Positions 29,201-38,169 are shown, numbered from the stretch's first letter. The stretch: 64,000 bases of DNA from Candidatus Hadarchaeales archaeon (GCA_038736355.1 JAVYML010000001.1:180908-244907); one strand, 5' to 3'. A program made the numbers and translations. Notes: generated by a model not told the origin, from the letters alone.

Positions 29201-31117
29201 ATGAATCCCTTTCCCGTTCTCTTTTCCCCTATTTCCATAGGTAGGATGGTGGTGAGGAATCGCATCGTGATGCCCGCCCTCACCACCGGCTATGCCTTTG
29301 GGGAGGTCACGGACCAGCTCAAGCACTATTTCGAGGCCAGGGCAAAGGGAGGAGCAGGTCTCATCGTGGTGGGAATAGCCGCCGTGGAAAAGGGAACGGA
29401 ATACGTGATCTCTGCCTCCGACGACTCCTACATCCCCGGTCTGAGGGAACTGGCGGAGACCATCCACGCCCACGGGGCCAAGACCGCCCTCCAGCTTTGG
29501 CATCCAGGAAGGTATGAGTTCGTGGAGATCACGGGGAGGGAACCCGTCTCTGCCTCCGACGTCCCTCCCCCCATCTTCAGTAGGGTGAAGCCCAGGGCCC
29601 TCACCGTTCCGGAAATCAAGAGGATAGAGGAGGAGTTCGCACAGGCGGCGGGGAGGGCGAAGGAAGCTGGCTTCGATGCGGTGGAATTCATAGGTTCAGC
29701 AGGCTATTTGATAAGCCAGTTCCTCTCCCCCGTCACCAACAGACGCACCGACGAATACGGTGGATCCTTGGAAAACAGGATGAGGTTCCTCCTCGAAATC
29801 GTGGAGCTGACCAAGGAAGTGGTGGGAAAGGACTTCCCGCTGATGTGCCGCCTCTCCGGGGACGAACTCATCCCGGGAGGGAATACGCTTTCCGAGATGA
29901 AAATAGTGGCCAGGAAGCTGGCGGAAGTGGGCATTTCCGCCATCAACGTTACCGCGGGATGGCATGAATCGAGGGTTCCCATGATCACCATGGAGGTCCC
30001 GAGGGGAGGATACGTGTACCTGGCGGAGGGTATCAAAGAAGCCCTGAAGGGAACGGAGGTGAGGGTGGCGGCCAGTAACCGCATCAACGAGCCCTTCCTA
30101 GCCGAAAGGATCCTGAGGGAGGGAAAGGCGGATTTGATCTCCATGGGAAGGGCACTGGTAGCCGATCCCGAGTTCCCCAGGAAGGCACAAGAGGGAAGGG
30201 TGGAGGACATCGTCACCTGCGTGGCCTGCTGTCAGGGTTGTTTCGACAGGCTCTTCGAGGGAAGGCCCCTAACGTGCATGGTCAACCCTGGTGTGGGAAG
30301 GGAGGCCGAAGTGAAGGTGGAACCGGCGGTCAAGAAGAAAAGGGTGCTGGTCGTGGGGGGAGGACCGGGAGGACTGAAGGTGGCGGAAATGGCCGCCCTC
30401 AGAGGCCATCAAGTCATCCTCTGCGAGGAAGATGGGGAGCTGGGAGGACAGCTCAACTTGGCTTCCATCACACCAGGAAGGGAGGAACTGGGAACGGTGG
30501 TAAGGGAACTGGCCCTCCATGCCAAGAAGGCTGGAGTGGAAATAAGGCTGAGAACGAAGGTGGATGCCGACATGGTGGAGGAAATAGAACCGGATGCCGT
30601 GGTATTGGCCACCGGTGCTCTGCCCATCGTTCCTTCTTTCCCCGGCGTTGACCTTCCCCACGTAGTACAGGCTTGGGAGGTTTTGAAGGGGAGGGAAGTG
30701 GGAAAGAGGGTGGTGGTAGTGGGAGGAGGAGGGGTGGGATGCTATACTGCCCATTACCTCTCTTCCAGGGGAAGGGAAGTGACTCTTCTGGAAATGCTGG
30801 AGAAAGTGGCTGGTGATGTTGGTATCACCACCCGTTGGATCCTGAGGGAGAACCTGAAGAAGGGAGGCGTGAGGATCTTCACTTCCACCAAAGTGAAGGA
30901 AATCCGCCCCGAAGGGGTGGTGGCCACGAGAGGGGAGGTGGAAGAGGTTTTCCCAGCGGACTCGGTGGTGCTGGCCGTGGGGTCCAGACCCAACTCGGGT
31001 TTGGTCGAGGAACTGAGGGACAAAGTGGAGGAACTTTACCTAGTGGGGGACTGCCTCCAACCCAGAAAGGCCTTGGATGCCATTCGCGAAGGGTGGGAGG
31101 TGGGTCTCAAGCTCTAG
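29201..31117 (+). CDS. Old-Yellow-Enzyme-like FMN oxidoreductase fused to FAD/NAD(P)-binding domain (2,4-dienoyl-CoA reductase / NADH oxidase family)
   Basis: 638 aa; OYE TIM-barrel N-terminus (FSPISIGRMVVRNRIVMPAL, HAHGAK..QLWHPGR); C-terminal dinucleotide motifs VLVVGGGPGGLKVAE and VVVVGGGGVGCYTA. Confidence 0.85.
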   Translation: MNPFPVLFSPISIGRMVVRNRIVMPALTTGYAFGEVTDQLKHYFEARAKGGAGLIVVGIAAVEKGTEYVISASDDSYIPGLRELAETIHAHGAKTALQLWHPGRYEFVEITGREPVSASDVPPPIFSRVKPRALTVPEIKRIEEEFAQAAGRAKEAGFDAVEFIGSAGYLISQFLSPVTNRRTDEYGGSLENRMRFLLEIVELTKEVVGKDFPLMCRLSGDELIPGGNTLSEMKIVARKLAEVGISAINVTAGWHESRVPMITMEVPRGGYVYLAEGIKEALKGTEVRVAASNRINEPFLAERILREGKADLISMGRALVADPEFPRKAQEGRVEDIVTCVACCQGCFDRLFEGRPLTCMVNPGVGREAEVKVEPAVKKKRVLVVGGGPGGLKVAEMAALRGHQVILCEEDGELGGQLNLASITPGREELGTVVRELALHAKKAGVEIRLRTKVDADMVEEIEPDAVVLATGALPIVPSFPGVDLPHVVQAWEVLKGREVGKRVVVVGGGGVGCYTAHYLSSRGREVTLLEMLEKVAGDVGITTRWILRENLKKGGVRIFTSTKVKEIRPEGVVATRGEVEEVFPADSVVLAVGSRPNSGLVEELRDKVEELYLVGDCLQPRKALDAIREGWEVGLKL

Positions 31118-32285
31118 CCCTCCCCACCTTCGAAAGAGCAGCGGAGAAAAGGGAAATCGCGCAGAAAATGGCTCCCAAGAAGAGGAAGGCTGGATCGTAA
31201 CCTCGCTTGGAAAGGGGACTGAAAAGGGCCACGGTGATCACGAGGCCTCCGAGGTTGCCCGAGGTGAGGATCACACCCGAAGCACCACCACTGTATTTGG
31301 GTCCTATCTCCGGCAGGAGGGGAGGATAGGCCAACAGGAGGGGAGGAACACCTCCCGCCATCACACCTCCCACGAACACCAGCAACCAAGTGGAAAAACC
31401 ATAGGCCTCAAGCCAAGCCAAGAAGAGGAGGGGGCCGGAGAGGAGGGAACAGAGAATGAGGAAGGCCCTGAACTTTCCCGTTCGGTCCGCCAGGGGAGGC
31501 CATATCAGGTTTCCCACCACCATTCCCACCACGGCAAGGGCGGAAAGGGCTCCTGCCTCCCCGGCCCCTACCCCAAAAACTTCCTGAACGGCGTGGGTCA
31601 AACCACCCGTGTAGGAAACGAAGGCTCCGAGGAAAAGGAACTGGGAAAAAGCGAGCAACCAGACGTTGCGACTCCTCATGGCGTGGGATAGGCTTTCCTT
31701 TAAAGGTACACCCCTATGCCCACCCGTGGGTGGTTCTCTCGCGAAGAAAAACCAGAAAAGGGAGGAGAAGAACATTCCCATTCCCGTACAGAAGAAGGCC
31801 CATCTCCAAGAGGGAAAGAGGGCACCCGTGAAGAGTCCCGCGGAGATTCCTAGCCCCATCGAACTCACGTATATTCCTGAGGCCGATCCCGTTTCCCCTT
31901 CGGGGAACCATTCCCCCACCATCTTGGGAAGGTTGGGTACCACCAAACCCATCGAAGCACCTACCAGAAAAGTTAGGAACCAGAGGAGGAGGAAACTCTG
32001 GGAAAGGGCCCTAGCCGTTGCCACCACCGAGCCCAGCAGGATGCCCGCGAGAACCGTTCTCCTCACCCCGAGCTTATCCCCCACTGCCCCTCCCGGTATG
32101 CTGCTCAAGGCTGCTGCCAGCGTAGGGGCGGTGAGGAGGAGGTAAAGGTGATCCGTGGAAAGGCCTAAGGAAGAGGAAAGCTCTTCCTCCAAGGGAGGAA
32201 GGATGTACCAGCTGTAGTTTACGAAGAAGATCAAAAGCCATGCCAGCGTTAGGATGACCCATCTGTATGGAGAGGCTTTCAACAT
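31107..32285 (-). CDS. MFS transporter
   Basis: 392 aa, 12 TM, MFS-like GDKLGVRR loop motif. Convergent 11-nt overlap with the upstream gene. Confidence 0.7.
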   Translation of the reverse strand: MLKASPYRWVILTLAWLLIFFVNYSWYILPPLEEELSSSLGLSTDHLYLLLTAPTLAAALSSIPGGAVGDKLGVRRTVLAGILLGSVVATARALSQSFLLLWFLTFLVGASMGLVVPNLPKMVGEWFPEGETGSASGIYVSSMGLGISAGLFTGALFPSWRWAFFCTGMGMFFSSLFWFFFAREPPTGGHRGVPLKESLSHAMRSRNVWLLAFSQFLFLGAFVSYTGGLTHAVQEVFGVGAGEAGALSALAVVGMVVGNLIWPPLADRTGKFRAFLILCSLLSGPLLFLAWLEAYGFSTWLLVFVGGVMAGGVPPLLLAYPPLLPEIGPKYSGGASGVILTSGNLGGLVITVALFSPLSKRGYDPAFLFLGAIFCAISLFSAALSKVGRARA

Positions 32286-32329
32286 TATCCGTGGATCTAC
32301 CTCCTTTTATCCCATGCCCCCGGAAGTAG

Positions 32330-32701
32330 TTGGGGATGAAATCCTTCAGGTACAAGCAAGTAATGGTCGTAAGGGAAGATCTGTCCATGAGTAGGGGAAA
32401 GCTTGCCGCCCAAGTAGCACATGGGGCCGTGCTTGGAGCGGAGGAATGTAGGAAAAAGAAGGAGGAATGGTTCAGGGGATGGATGGAGGAAGGACAGAAA
32501 AAGGTGGTGGTTTCGGTTCCTGGGGAAAACGAGTTGAGGGAACTCTTCAGGGAGGCAAAGGAGCTCGGATTGCCCGCGGGACTGGTGGAGGATGCCGGAC
32601 TTACCGAACTTCCTCCTGGAACGGTCACAGTGCTGGCCGTCGGACCGGCACCCTCCGAGTTGGTGGACAGGGTCACGGGAAAACTGCCCCTCTTGAGGTG
32701 A
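32330..32701 (+). CDS. pth2: peptidyl-tRNA hydrolase, archaeal type
   Basis: 123 aa; KQVMVVREDLSMSRGKLAAQVAHGAV. Confidence 0.9.
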   Translation: MGMKSFRYKQVMVVREDLSMSRGKLAAQVAHGAVLGAEECRKKKEEWFRGWMEEGQKKVVVSVPGENELRELFREAKELGLPAGLVEDAGLTELPPGTVTVLAVGPAPSELVDRVTGKLPLLR

Positions 32702-32704
32702 AGG

Positions 32705-33652
32705 ATGAAGCTGAGCGAAGTGGGGGAAAGGGAACTCCTCAAAGAGGTGAGGAGGCTCTTTCCCCAAGCCCCCTGGGTGGAGGTGGGGATAGGGGACGAT
32801 GGAGCCGTCCTCAAACCCATGAAGGAGAAACTGGTGGTCTGTTCCGACATGCTCACTTCCAGCAGTGACCTCCCCAAGGGGATCGACCTCTTCTATCTGG
32901 GCTGGAAGGCGGTGATTTCCAATCTCAGCGATTTGGCTGGCATGGGGGCTAGACCCATCGCCCTCCTCTTCTCCCTCGGTTTCCCCTCCGAGTTGGAAAG
33001 GAGGGAGGCGGAGAGGGTGCTGAGGGGAATAAAAGAGGCCTCTTCCCTTTACGGGGTACCCGTAGTGGGGGGGGATTTCAGTGGGTGCGAAGAGGTGGTG
33101 GTGAGTGGGACGGGAATAGGCGCCGTGAAAAGGGCCCTGCTGAGGAAGGGGGCTTCACCCGGTGACCTCCTCGCCCTAACGGGGGAGGTGGGAAAGGCGG
33201 CTGCCGGCCTGGAGATCCTACGAAAGCGGAAAAGGGGATATACCGAACTCGTGAGAAGCTTCCTCCAACCCAGGGCAAGGGTAAAGGAGGGGAGGGTGCT
33301 GGCAGAAGGAGGGGCGACCTCGGCCATCGATCTCTCGGATGGTCTGGCCCAAGCCCTCTGGAGGCTGGAGGAAGAGAGCAGGGTGAGGCTGGTGGTGGAC
33401 TCCCTCCCCCTCTCTCCCCTCCTGAAGGAATTCTGTGAGGAAGAAGGCCTTTCCCCCCTGGATTTCGCCCTCTATGGTGGAGAGGATTTCGAGCTCCTCT
33501 TCACCCTTCCCCCCGTGCGCTGGAGATCCGTGAGGAGGATGCTCGAAGGGATGGGGTGCCAGGCCCATCTACTCGGAAGGGTGGAAAGGGGGAGGGGGGT
33601 CTTCTTGGGAAAGGAAAAACTTCCCGACAGGGGATACGAGCACTACCGCTAA
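32705..33652 (+). CDS. thiL: thiamine-monophosphate kinase (AIR-synthase-related fold)
   Basis: 315 aa; ERELLKEV...GIGDDGAVL; PurM-like N- and C-domains. Confidence 0.8.
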   Translation: MKLSEVGERELLKEVRRLFPQAPWVEVGIGDDGAVLKPMKEKLVVCSDMLTSSSDLPKGIDLFYLGWKAVISNLSDLAGMGARPIALLFSLGFPSELERREAERVLRGIKEASSLYGVPVVGGDFSGCEEVVVSGTGIGAVKRALLRKGASPGDLLALTGEVGKAAAGLEILRKRKRGYTELVRSFLQPRARVKEGRVLAEGGATSAIDLSDGLAQALWRLEEESRVRLVVDSLPLSPLLKEFCEEEGLSPLDFALYGGEDFELLFTLPPVRWRSVRRMLEGMGCQAHLLGRVERGRGVFLGKEKLPDRGYEHYR

Positions 33653-34539
33653 AAGACCCGACGCCAGCTTTTCCTATAGACCGCCCTGTACTTTCCGTGC
33701 TTTCTGGGTCTGCCGCGAGGAGGGGTGAAGCCCCTCCTGCAATCCGGACAGAGGAGGATGGGTCCGTCCTCGAACTCGTAGAGGGAAATGAAGGGGGAAG
33801 AACATATGAAACACTCCCTTCCCAAGGAATCGAGCTCCTCCTGGAGCATCTTCAAAGCCCCAGGAACCTCACGGATGGAGGGAACCACCGCGTCCGCTTC
33901 CGCCTGTTTGGGGGTGTGTGGGCTCAGGAGGACGAAGCGCATTCCCACTCCCTTGGCCCCCTTTCCATCTATTTCTGGACGATCCCCCACATGCACGGCC
34001 CTTTCCGGAGGAACTTCTAGTTCCCTGAGGGCCCTGAGGAAGATCTCCGGATGGGGCTTGCGATAACCTACCTCACCCGAAACCAGGATGGTCCTGAAGT
34101 ATTTTCCCAGGCCCCTTTCCACCAAGAACTCCTTCGGAGCGGGACTCATGGAGTTGGAAATGGCTCCCAACCTGTAGGAGTTTGCCAGCTCCTCCACCAC
34201 CCTCTTCGCTCCCCTCTTCAGCCGACGGGGGAAGGAAGAGAGGTAGAGGGAAAGCATCCTTTCCAGCAACTCCTCCTCCGGTTTCACCCCCACCGCGAAG
34301 AGCTGGAGGGAGGAAAACTCTTGAAAGGACATCTCCAGGCCCTTCTCCCTCCTGAGCCTCAACTGGAGGAGGGCCTGGGAGGTGGCCCTTTTCCATTCCT
34401 CCTCCCTTACCGCGAAACCAAGGGAGGAGAGATGGGAAAGAACCCTCTTGGCATAAAGTCCGTGATCGGGTTTTCCTTCCGCCAGCGTTCCTCCCACGTC
34501 GAAGGTAATGGCCTCTATACCCCCTTCAGCCTTTTCCAT
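33649..34539 (-). CDS. HAD-superfamily hydrolase with C-terminal zinc-ribbon and basic tail
   Basis: Start taken at MEKAEGGIEAITFDVGGTL (HAD motif I) at 34539; the track's N-extension (MGVRNRG...) is Gly/Arg-rich and implausible. C-terminus CFICSS...CPDCRRG. Confidence 0.65.
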   Translation of the reverse strand: MEKAEGGIEAITFDVGGTLAEGKPDHGLYAKRVLSHLSSLGFAVREEEWKRATSQALLQLRLRREKGLEMSFQEFSSLQLFAVGVKPEEELLERMLSLYLSSFPRRLKRGAKRVVEELANSYRLGAISNSMSPAPKEFLVERGLGKYFRTILVSGEVGYRKPHPEIFLRALRELEVPPERAVHVGDRPEIDGKGAKGVGMRFVLLSPHTPKQAEADAVVPSIREVPGALKMLQEELDSLGRECFICSSPFISLYEFEDGPILLCPDCRRGFTPPRGRPRKHGKYRAVYRKSWRRVF

Positions 34540-35246
34540 AGCTCGTAGGCCCTCTCGTATCCCTTTTCGAGCACGAGGTCGACGAACCTCAGATGCTCCC
34601 TCACCAGTTCCCTCACTTCTTCCTCCTCCAGCTTTCTTCCCCCAAACATCTCCTCCCTCATCCTCCCCAGGAGGAGATCCAGGGGCCTGCAGGGGGGATC
34701 CACCGTTCTCACCTCGGTTTCGAACCCCCATTCCGAAAGGAGGCGGACGAGTTCGGGGGTAGCATCCAGGCAGGCGTTCTCTTCTCCAGCCTTCGAGGCT
34801 ATGAAATCGGCCTCGAGTTCAGCCACCTGAAGCCTGTTTTGTATTTCCCTCCTGAGCACCTCCTTCCATTCGGTCGTCGCTATCCTCCCCAGTTTCGCTC
34901 TGATGGTCAGACGCAGGAGGGCCAAGGCCGTTTCCCTTGAAAGCCTGTAGGAGGAGAGGTCCCTGTAACCGAAGACCTTGATCTTCCTTCCCCTCAAGAC
35001 CCCCAGCAACCCCTCAAGGGCCCTCAGTTCCTGGAGATCCTCGGGTATCATCACTTTTCCTCTCCTCTCCATTTCCTCCACCACCTTTTCAGGATCCTCC
35101 CCCCCGATCATCCTGCCCACGTACTCCGTGTGGTCCATCGGGAGATCGAGGAAGAGGCACTCGCAGGAAGGGGGGAGCATGAGCCCTGCCCTCCCCTTCG
35201 AGGAGCGCGTCTCGGCCGTTACCAGGACTTCCATCCTCCTGGCCAA
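34515..35246 (-). CDS. hypothetical protein
   Basis: 243 aa, protein-like composition and codon usage. Sits between the radical SAM gene and the HAD gene; no family recognised. Confidence 0.4.
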   Translation of the reverse strand: MARRMEVLVTAETRSSKGRAGLMLPPSCECLFLDLPMDHTEYVGRMIGGEDPEKVVEEMERRGKVMIPEDLQELRALEGLLGVLRGRKIKVFGYRDLSSYRLSRETALALLRLTIRAKLGRIATTEWKEVLRREIQNRLQVAELEADFIASKAGEENACLDATPELVRLLSEWGFETEVRTVDPPCRPLDLLLGRMREEMFGGRKLEEEEVRELVREHLRFVDLVLEKGYERAYELWKRLKGV

Positions 35247-35265
35247 GTTCTCCCCAATTTTTCTC

Positions 35266-36312
35266 TCACTTCCTTCCCAAAAAGGTTGGAAGCTTCCCCA
35301 CCAGGGGGATCTCCCTCCCGCAGCGCGGACACCTCCTTCCCTTCAGCCTGCATTCCTTCAGGGAAAGACCGAAACGCCTGAGGAGGAGCTCCCCGCAGGA
35401 AGGACAGTAGGTATTTTCGTACCTGTGTCCGGGAACGTTTCCCACATATACAAAATCCACCCCCTCCCTCACCGCCAGCTCCCGTGCCCTTTCCAGGGTG
35501 GAGACGGGTGTGGGTGGAACGGTGAACCTGAAGGAGGGATAGTAGGCGGTGAAATGCAGGGGTGTCTCCGGTCCTGCCTCCTTCAGGTGGCGACGGATTA
35601 AGGAAAGCAACTGGTCCTCCCCATCGTTCAGTCCCGGAATGATGAGGTTCACGACCTCCACGTGTAGGCCCAACCTCCTGGCCAAGCCCACATTCCTCCA
35701 GACCTTTTCCACATCCGCTCCGCAGTACTTTCTCACGACCTCTCCATCCCCCTTTACGTCTATGTTGATGGCGTCCAGTCCCGCATCCGCCAAGGCCCTC
35801 AGGGCCTCTTCGGTCATGTATCCGTTGCTCACAAAGGTGTTGTACAGTCCCCTTTTCCTCGCCAGCGGAAAGACCTCCAGGGCCCATTCGAAGAGGAGGG
35901 TAGGTTCGTTGAAGGAGAGGGAGGTTCCCTCGCATCCCTCCCTCAGGGTGAGTTCTACGAACTCCTCCGGACTCAGGTAGTTGGCCCTTTCAGGCTTGGG
36001 TTTACTCTTGGAAAGGGTCCAGTTCTGACACCATCCGCAGGTGAAGTTGCATCCCCAAGTTCCCACCGTGAGGGCCACGGACCCCGGCCAGAAGTGGTAG
36101 AAGGGTTTCTTCTCTATGGGATTGGCCGAAAGGGAAGAAATATCACCGTAGACGAGCGTCCTGAGTTCTCCATCCATGTTCTTCCTCGTCCCGCAAAAGC
36201 CCTCCTTTCCCTCCCCTATCTCGCACCTCCTCTCGCAAAGCCCGCACCTTACCCTGTTCCCTTCAAGCTTTTCCCAAAGGAGGGCCCTTCTTACGGTGGG
36301 AAGGGACTCCAT
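35266..36312 (-). CDS. AmmeMemoRadiSam-system-type radical SAM enzyme (PFL-activase-like) with C-terminal zinc ribbon
   Basis: Start taken at MESLPTVRRALLWEKLEGNRVRCGLCERRCEI; motifs GTWGCNFTCGWCQN and N-terminal CGLCERRC; C-terminal CPSCG...CPRCG. The start at 36375 in the ORF track would overlap the tRNA-Asp gene. Confidence 0.8.
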   Translation of the reverse strand: MESLPTVRRALLWEKLEGNRVRCGLCERRCEIGEGKEGFCGTRKNMDGELRTLVYGDISSLSANPIEKKPFYHFWPGSVALTVGTWGCNFTCGWCQNWTLSKSKPKPERANYLSPEEFVELTLREGCEGTSLSFNEPTLLFEWALEVFPLARKRGLYNTFVSNGYMTEEALRALADAGLDAINIDVKGDGEVVRKYCGADVEKVWRNVGLARRLGLHVEVVNLIIPGLNDGEDQLLSLIRRHLKEAGPETPLHFTAYYPSFRFTVPPTPVSTLERARELAVREGVDFVYVGNVPGHRYENTYCPSCGELLLRRFGLSLKECRLKGRRCPRCGREIPLVGKLPTFLGRK

Positions 36313-36342
36313 CCCCTTACTTGGAGGATGGAGTATAAGCAG

Positions 36343-36448
36343 TGGCGCCCTGGCCGGGATTTGAACCCGGGGCACAGGCTCGACAGGCCTGTATGTTTGG
36401 TCTCGGGAACTCCTCGCCCCCGATTAGACCGGGCTACACCACCAGGGC
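36343..36448 (-). tRNA. tRNA-Asp(GUC) with about 28-nt insertion (non-canonical intron) in the D-loop; CCA encoded
   Basis: Minus strand: GCCCTGG-TG-GTGT-[AGCCCGGTCTAATCGGGGGCGAGGAGTTCCCGAGACCAA]-ACAT-A-CAGGC-CTGTCGA-GCCTG-TGCC-CCGGG-TTCAAAT-CCCGG-CCAGGGC-G-CCA. All stems pair; the anticodon loop is CTGTCGA (GUC). The insertion folds as GGTCT/AGACC + CGGG/CCCG helices with an AAT bulge. Confidence 0.7.
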
Positions 36449-36512
36449 GCCAAACTTCCTTCCTCCACGCGATTAAAGAAATTTTCCCGCCCGGGATTGG
36501 CCTTTGGCCAAA

Positions 36513-36638
36513 GGTGGTTGGCGGCGTCCTGGAGTTCCCGTCCGCTTCCGCAGGACAGTACAGTCCAGATCGCTGGCGGGCTTAACTTCCGGGATCGAAC
36601 GAGACCGGGTGTTTCCCCGCCGCTATGGCCGCCAACCA
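36513..36638 (-). rRNA. rrf: 5S ribosomal RNA
   Basis: Minus strand GGTTGGCGGCCATAGCGGCGGGGAAACACCCGGTCTCGTTCGATCCCGGAAGTTAAGCCCGCCAGCG...GGACGCCGCCAACC; universal 5S loop-C/helix-III motif CCCGGAAGTTAAGCC and a complementary helix I. Confidence 0.85.
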
Positions 36639-36671
36639 AAAGGAAATGGGGGGAGAGTTATTTTAGCTTTG

Positions 36672-36923
36672 CTAAGGCTCCATCTCCACCTTCACGAGTT
36701 CCCTCAGCTTTTCCGGATGGTTGGAGCTGAGATGTCTTAGGGCGATGGAGAAGAGAACCAGATCCTTGGCGAAGGAGGGATCCTGCCAGCTCACCTCCCT
36801 GAGTAGCCCCAGTGCTTCCGAGAGTTGCCTTTTCACTTCCTCAGGCAACTCTTGGATCCAGGAAAGCTGGGAACCCCTGAAAAGCACCTCACCACAAATC
36901 CCACACTTCACGACCACTTCCAT
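36672..36923 (-). CDS. small hypothetical protein with N-terminal CxxC
   Basis: 83 aa; MEVVVKCGICGE...; sits directly upstream of 5S on the same strand. Coding status is uncertain. Confidence 0.3.
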   Translation of the reverse strand: MEVVVKCGICGEVLFRGSQLSWIQELPEEVKRQLSEALGLLREVSWQDPSFAKDLVLFSIALRHLSSNHPEKLRELVKVEMEP

Positions 36924-36971
36924 TCCTTTACCTTAGTTGACCCTCCTTTAATTACCCAGCTCAAACCATCG

Positions 36972-38087
36972 ATGTTGGTGAGACTCAAAATAACGAAAAT
37001 GGGGGAAGAAGGGGAAGGACTGGCGGAATGGGAGGGAAGGGAGATAAGGGTGCTCAACGCCCTCCCAGGAGAGGAGGTGGAGGCGGAGTTCCTCACGAGG
37101 GGGAAGACCCCCATAGCCGTGGCAAAGGAAATCCTCTCCCCCTCCCCCGATAGGAGAGAACCTCCCTGTCCCCTTTTTCCCCGTTGTGGGGGATGCCAGT
37201 TCCAGCACCTCAAGTATCCCAAACAACTCGAGCTCAAGAGGAGAAGGATCGAAAAAGTCCTGGGGGAAAGGGTGGAACCACCCATAAGCAGGGGTGAACT
37301 GGGCTACAGAAACCATGCCAGACTAACGGCTAGAAGGGGGGAAGTGGGCTTCGTGAACAAGTTCACCCACGAGTTCGTAAGGGTGGACCGCTGTCTCCTC
37401 ATGTCCCCTCTCATAAACGAGTTGCTTTCCAAAGTGCAGGGGAGGTGCTTCAGCACCATGGCTTCCATCAGGGTAGGAATAAGGACGGGAGAATACCTCA
37501 TCCAGCCCGACCTCTTCTTACAGGATCTGCCCACCGGACAGTCCTTTTATCACGAGATCCTGCTGGGAAGGAGGTTCAGGATTTCGGCTTCTTCCTTTTT
37601 CCAGACCAACACTGAAGGTGCGGAGGAGATGGTGAGGATGGTGAGGGAATGGGTGGGAAGCGCCGGAAAAGTGGTGGATGCTTATGCCGGGGTCGGGGTT
37701 TTCGCCGCCCTCCTTTCGGACCTCGCCTCGGAGGTCTTGGCAATAGAGGTCTCATCCTCCGCCGAAAAGGATGCGCTGCACAACCTAGGAGGATTACCCA
37801 ATGTGAAGTTCGTGAAGGGAAGAGTGGAGGAGATACTTCCGCTGGAAAACGTGGATGTTCTCCTTTTGGACCCTCCCAGGGAGGGATGCTCCGGGAGGGT
37901 CATAGAAGCCATCAACCTCTCTCCCCCCAGGAGAATCGTTTACGTCTCCTGTAACCCCACGACCCTGGGGAGGGATCTGGCCAAATTGAAGGGCTTCATC
38001 CTCGAGAAGGTCCAGCCCATAGACCTCTTTGCCCAGACCAAACATGTGGAATGCTTGGCCCTCTTGAGGAGGGAGGACCTACCCTAG
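36972..38087 (+). CDS. TRAM-domain RNA (uracil-5)-methyltransferase (RlmD/TrmA family)
   Basis: ATG at 36972 (MLVRLKITKMGEEGEG is the TRAM start); Cys cluster CPLFPRCGGCQFQH; SAM motifs VVDAYAGVGVFA, DVLLLDPPREG. The track start at 36825 is a TTG. Confidence 0.8.
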   Translation: MLVRLKITKMGEEGEGLAEWEGREIRVLNALPGEEVEAEFLTRGKTPIAVAKEILSPSPDRREPPCPLFPRCGGCQFQHLKYPKQLELKRRRIEKVLGERVEPPISRGELGYRNHARLTARRGEVGFVNKFTHEFVRVDRCLLMSPLINELLSKVQGRCFSTMASIRVGIRTGEYLIQPDLFLQDLPTGQSFYHEILLGRRFRISASSFFQTNTEGAEEMVRMVREWVGSAGKVVDAYAGVGVFAALLSDLASEVLAIEVSSSAEKDALHNLGGLPNVKFVKGRVEEILPLENVDVLLLDPPREGCSGRVIEAINLSPPRRIVYVSCNPTTLGRDLAKLKGFILEKVQPIDLFAQTKHVECLALLRREDLP

Positions 38088-38169
38088 CGGATCGGCTACT
38101 CCTCCCAAGACCAGACTAGAAAATGGCTTTGGGAGAAGGACCTTTCCATCTGGCTCCGAAACCTTTGAT

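Noticed and set aside
34540-34731. N-terminal 64-aa extension of the HAD hydrolase ORF (MGVRNRGENGG...)
   Set aside because: Gly/Arg-rich, overlaps the upstream gene; HAD motif I (FDVGGTL) immediately follows the internal Met.
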